A stretch of 64,000 nt of DNA from Octopus sinensis (Eukaryota), in assembly GCF_006345805.1 (NCBI RefSeq), contig NC_043010.1:17484001-17548000 (forward strand). The letters run 5' to 3'. The notes beneath the pieces are model-generated. The model was not told the DNA's origin. It made no database searches and was given only the letters and a program-made list of their open reading frames with translations. This document shows, piece by piece, positions 62,586 to 64,000 of the stretch (the first letter of the stretch is position 1; the number at the start of each line of letters is the position of its first letter). Position numbers and translations under genes: made by a program.

Positions 62586-63617
62586 TTCGTTTATTTATTT
62601 TGTGTAATTGTAAACCCCTGAGGTTTAAAACATGGAAATAGGATGGACTGAATCTAATTTCAAGATAACACTATTATTGCAAAACAACAACAACTATTGT
62701 TGTTGTTGTTGCTGCTGCTGTTGTTAAGCAACAAGACGGGTAAGGGTGATTAGGTGATGGTCTAGGGCTTAGGGGCGGGAGACCCCAGACCTTGGGGGAA
62801 AGAAAAACTTTGGTCGTCTTGTTGTAGTCGAGGGCTCTTCGTTGACGCCCGACACCACTGGGAGGTGGCCCTCGAAGTCGCTGGAAATGGAGATCTCCTG
62901 GTCCAAATTCTTGAACGGCTGCTGCTGCTGTCCTTAGTTTGTTCTTATCCAGGCTCAGTATTGTTGTTGTTGTTATTGTTGCAACAATTGTAACACAATT
63001 TTTGAAATTTGATCCACTCGATTTCCATGATTAAAACCGGTTTTAAACCTCAGGGATTTAGTACTGCGCAAAATAAATAAAGATAAAAACATCCTCTTTC
63101 ACTTTTGTGTACTGAACTAGCTTTTGAATTTTTGCGATTTAAAAATAAAATTATATTTTAAACACAAGAAATTACAACACAGAAACAACAAAAAGAAGTC
63201 AAAATTCACTTCTTTATCCCAACCACCACCACCGCCACCACCACCACCACCACACAGAAACCTTAATTCCAGTAACCTTTTTTTAATAGTCTTTGGACTT
63301 TTGTGTTTTGAACTCCAGATATCAGGAATTTGCAAAATGGTTAAAGAGAGAAAAGCAAGTCCAGGAGAAGGGTTAACATGATATAACTGGTCAGGTAGTT
63401 ACCATTGGTTTCACGCATACTATTGCACTTGGCTATATAGGTGACTCTCCAAGTACAACGGTCGACGTGAAACCATTGGTAACTAGTTGACCAACCATGA
63501 CTGACGATATACAATTTGACCACATAAAATATAGCTGCTCAAAATTTTCTTTTGGAGCGTGTCCTTCTCTTCAGACATGGACTATTCACCTATTATGTGC
63601 ATGTGCGTGTGAATACA

Positions 63618-63686
<69 letters not shown>

Positions 63687-63764
63687 GGTCCCGGTTGATC
63701 CGGGGTTAACCACAGTAAGTAAGGTACTCAATACATAGCAGAGTAAAATTAATTTATTATATAG

Positions 63765-63820
63765 AAGGAGCTTCTACAGGACTAGTACTGTTTCATTCAA
63801 GAGAAATCTTCAGGAAGCTA
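63765..63820 (-). ncRNA. Type I hammerhead ribozyme fold in a PLE/retrozyme-like repeat
   Basis: Minus strand: AGCUUC CUGAAGA U-UUC-UCUU-GAA-U GAA ACAG UACUAGUC CUGU A GAAGCU. Stem I has 6 bp and stem III 4 bp, with a GUA site. The closing pair of stem II is U-U. Confidence 0.65.
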
Positions 63821-64000
63821 TTTAACAAGAATTGTATTAGCATTTATACATTTAGGCAGGTTTAAAGGAGTGGTGGTGGGGGACTTTTTTGGGGGTAGGC
63901 ATAGCGCAAAATATCATACTTGGGGGAGTGGTCAAGGAGTCAGTGGTAAGTTAGATGAAAGAATAGATAAATAAAAAAATATAAAAATATATAAAATAAA

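Larger units (their letters stand above)
57671..63037 (+). repeat. Tandem triplication of a ~1.8-kb unit (starts at 57671, 59454, 61271) containing LHPP upstream region, exon 1 and the start of intron 1
   Basis: The unit start 'atatcctgactaacggaacatg' recurs at spacings of 1783 and 1817 nt. The third copy ends near 63037. Confidence 0.95.

Overview
AT-rich, repeat-dense eukaryotic genomic DNA. The SINE, LINE and MITE families resemble those I recall from octopod cephalopods, so Octopus is inferred, not proven. Four protein genes were reconstructed by hand from splice sites and reading frames: (1) the last three coding exons of a hexokinase (+, 710-3512); (2) a complete 10-exon heparanase-like GH79 endo-beta-glucuronidase (-, 36639-8844, 497 aa, both catalytic Glu intact); (3) a GLUT8/Tret1-like sugar transporter with an uninterrupted ORF (-, 52057-50678); (4) exon 1 of an LHPP-type HAD phosphatase, present in three tandem ~1.8-kb copies (+, 57671-63037). 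The rest is a mosaic of a near full-length CR1 LINE, RTE, CRE-like and Penelope-like (PLE) remnants, mariner, Helitrons (one in a tandem array), MITEs, tRNA-derived SINEs and microsatellites. The most notable unannotated signals are hammerhead-ribozyme folds from several different PLE-type repeats. One has a fully canonical core and lies in sense orientation in heparanase intron 5. The heparanase also appears to lack the inhibitory linker exon, but a candidate in-frame cassette exon sits at that position.
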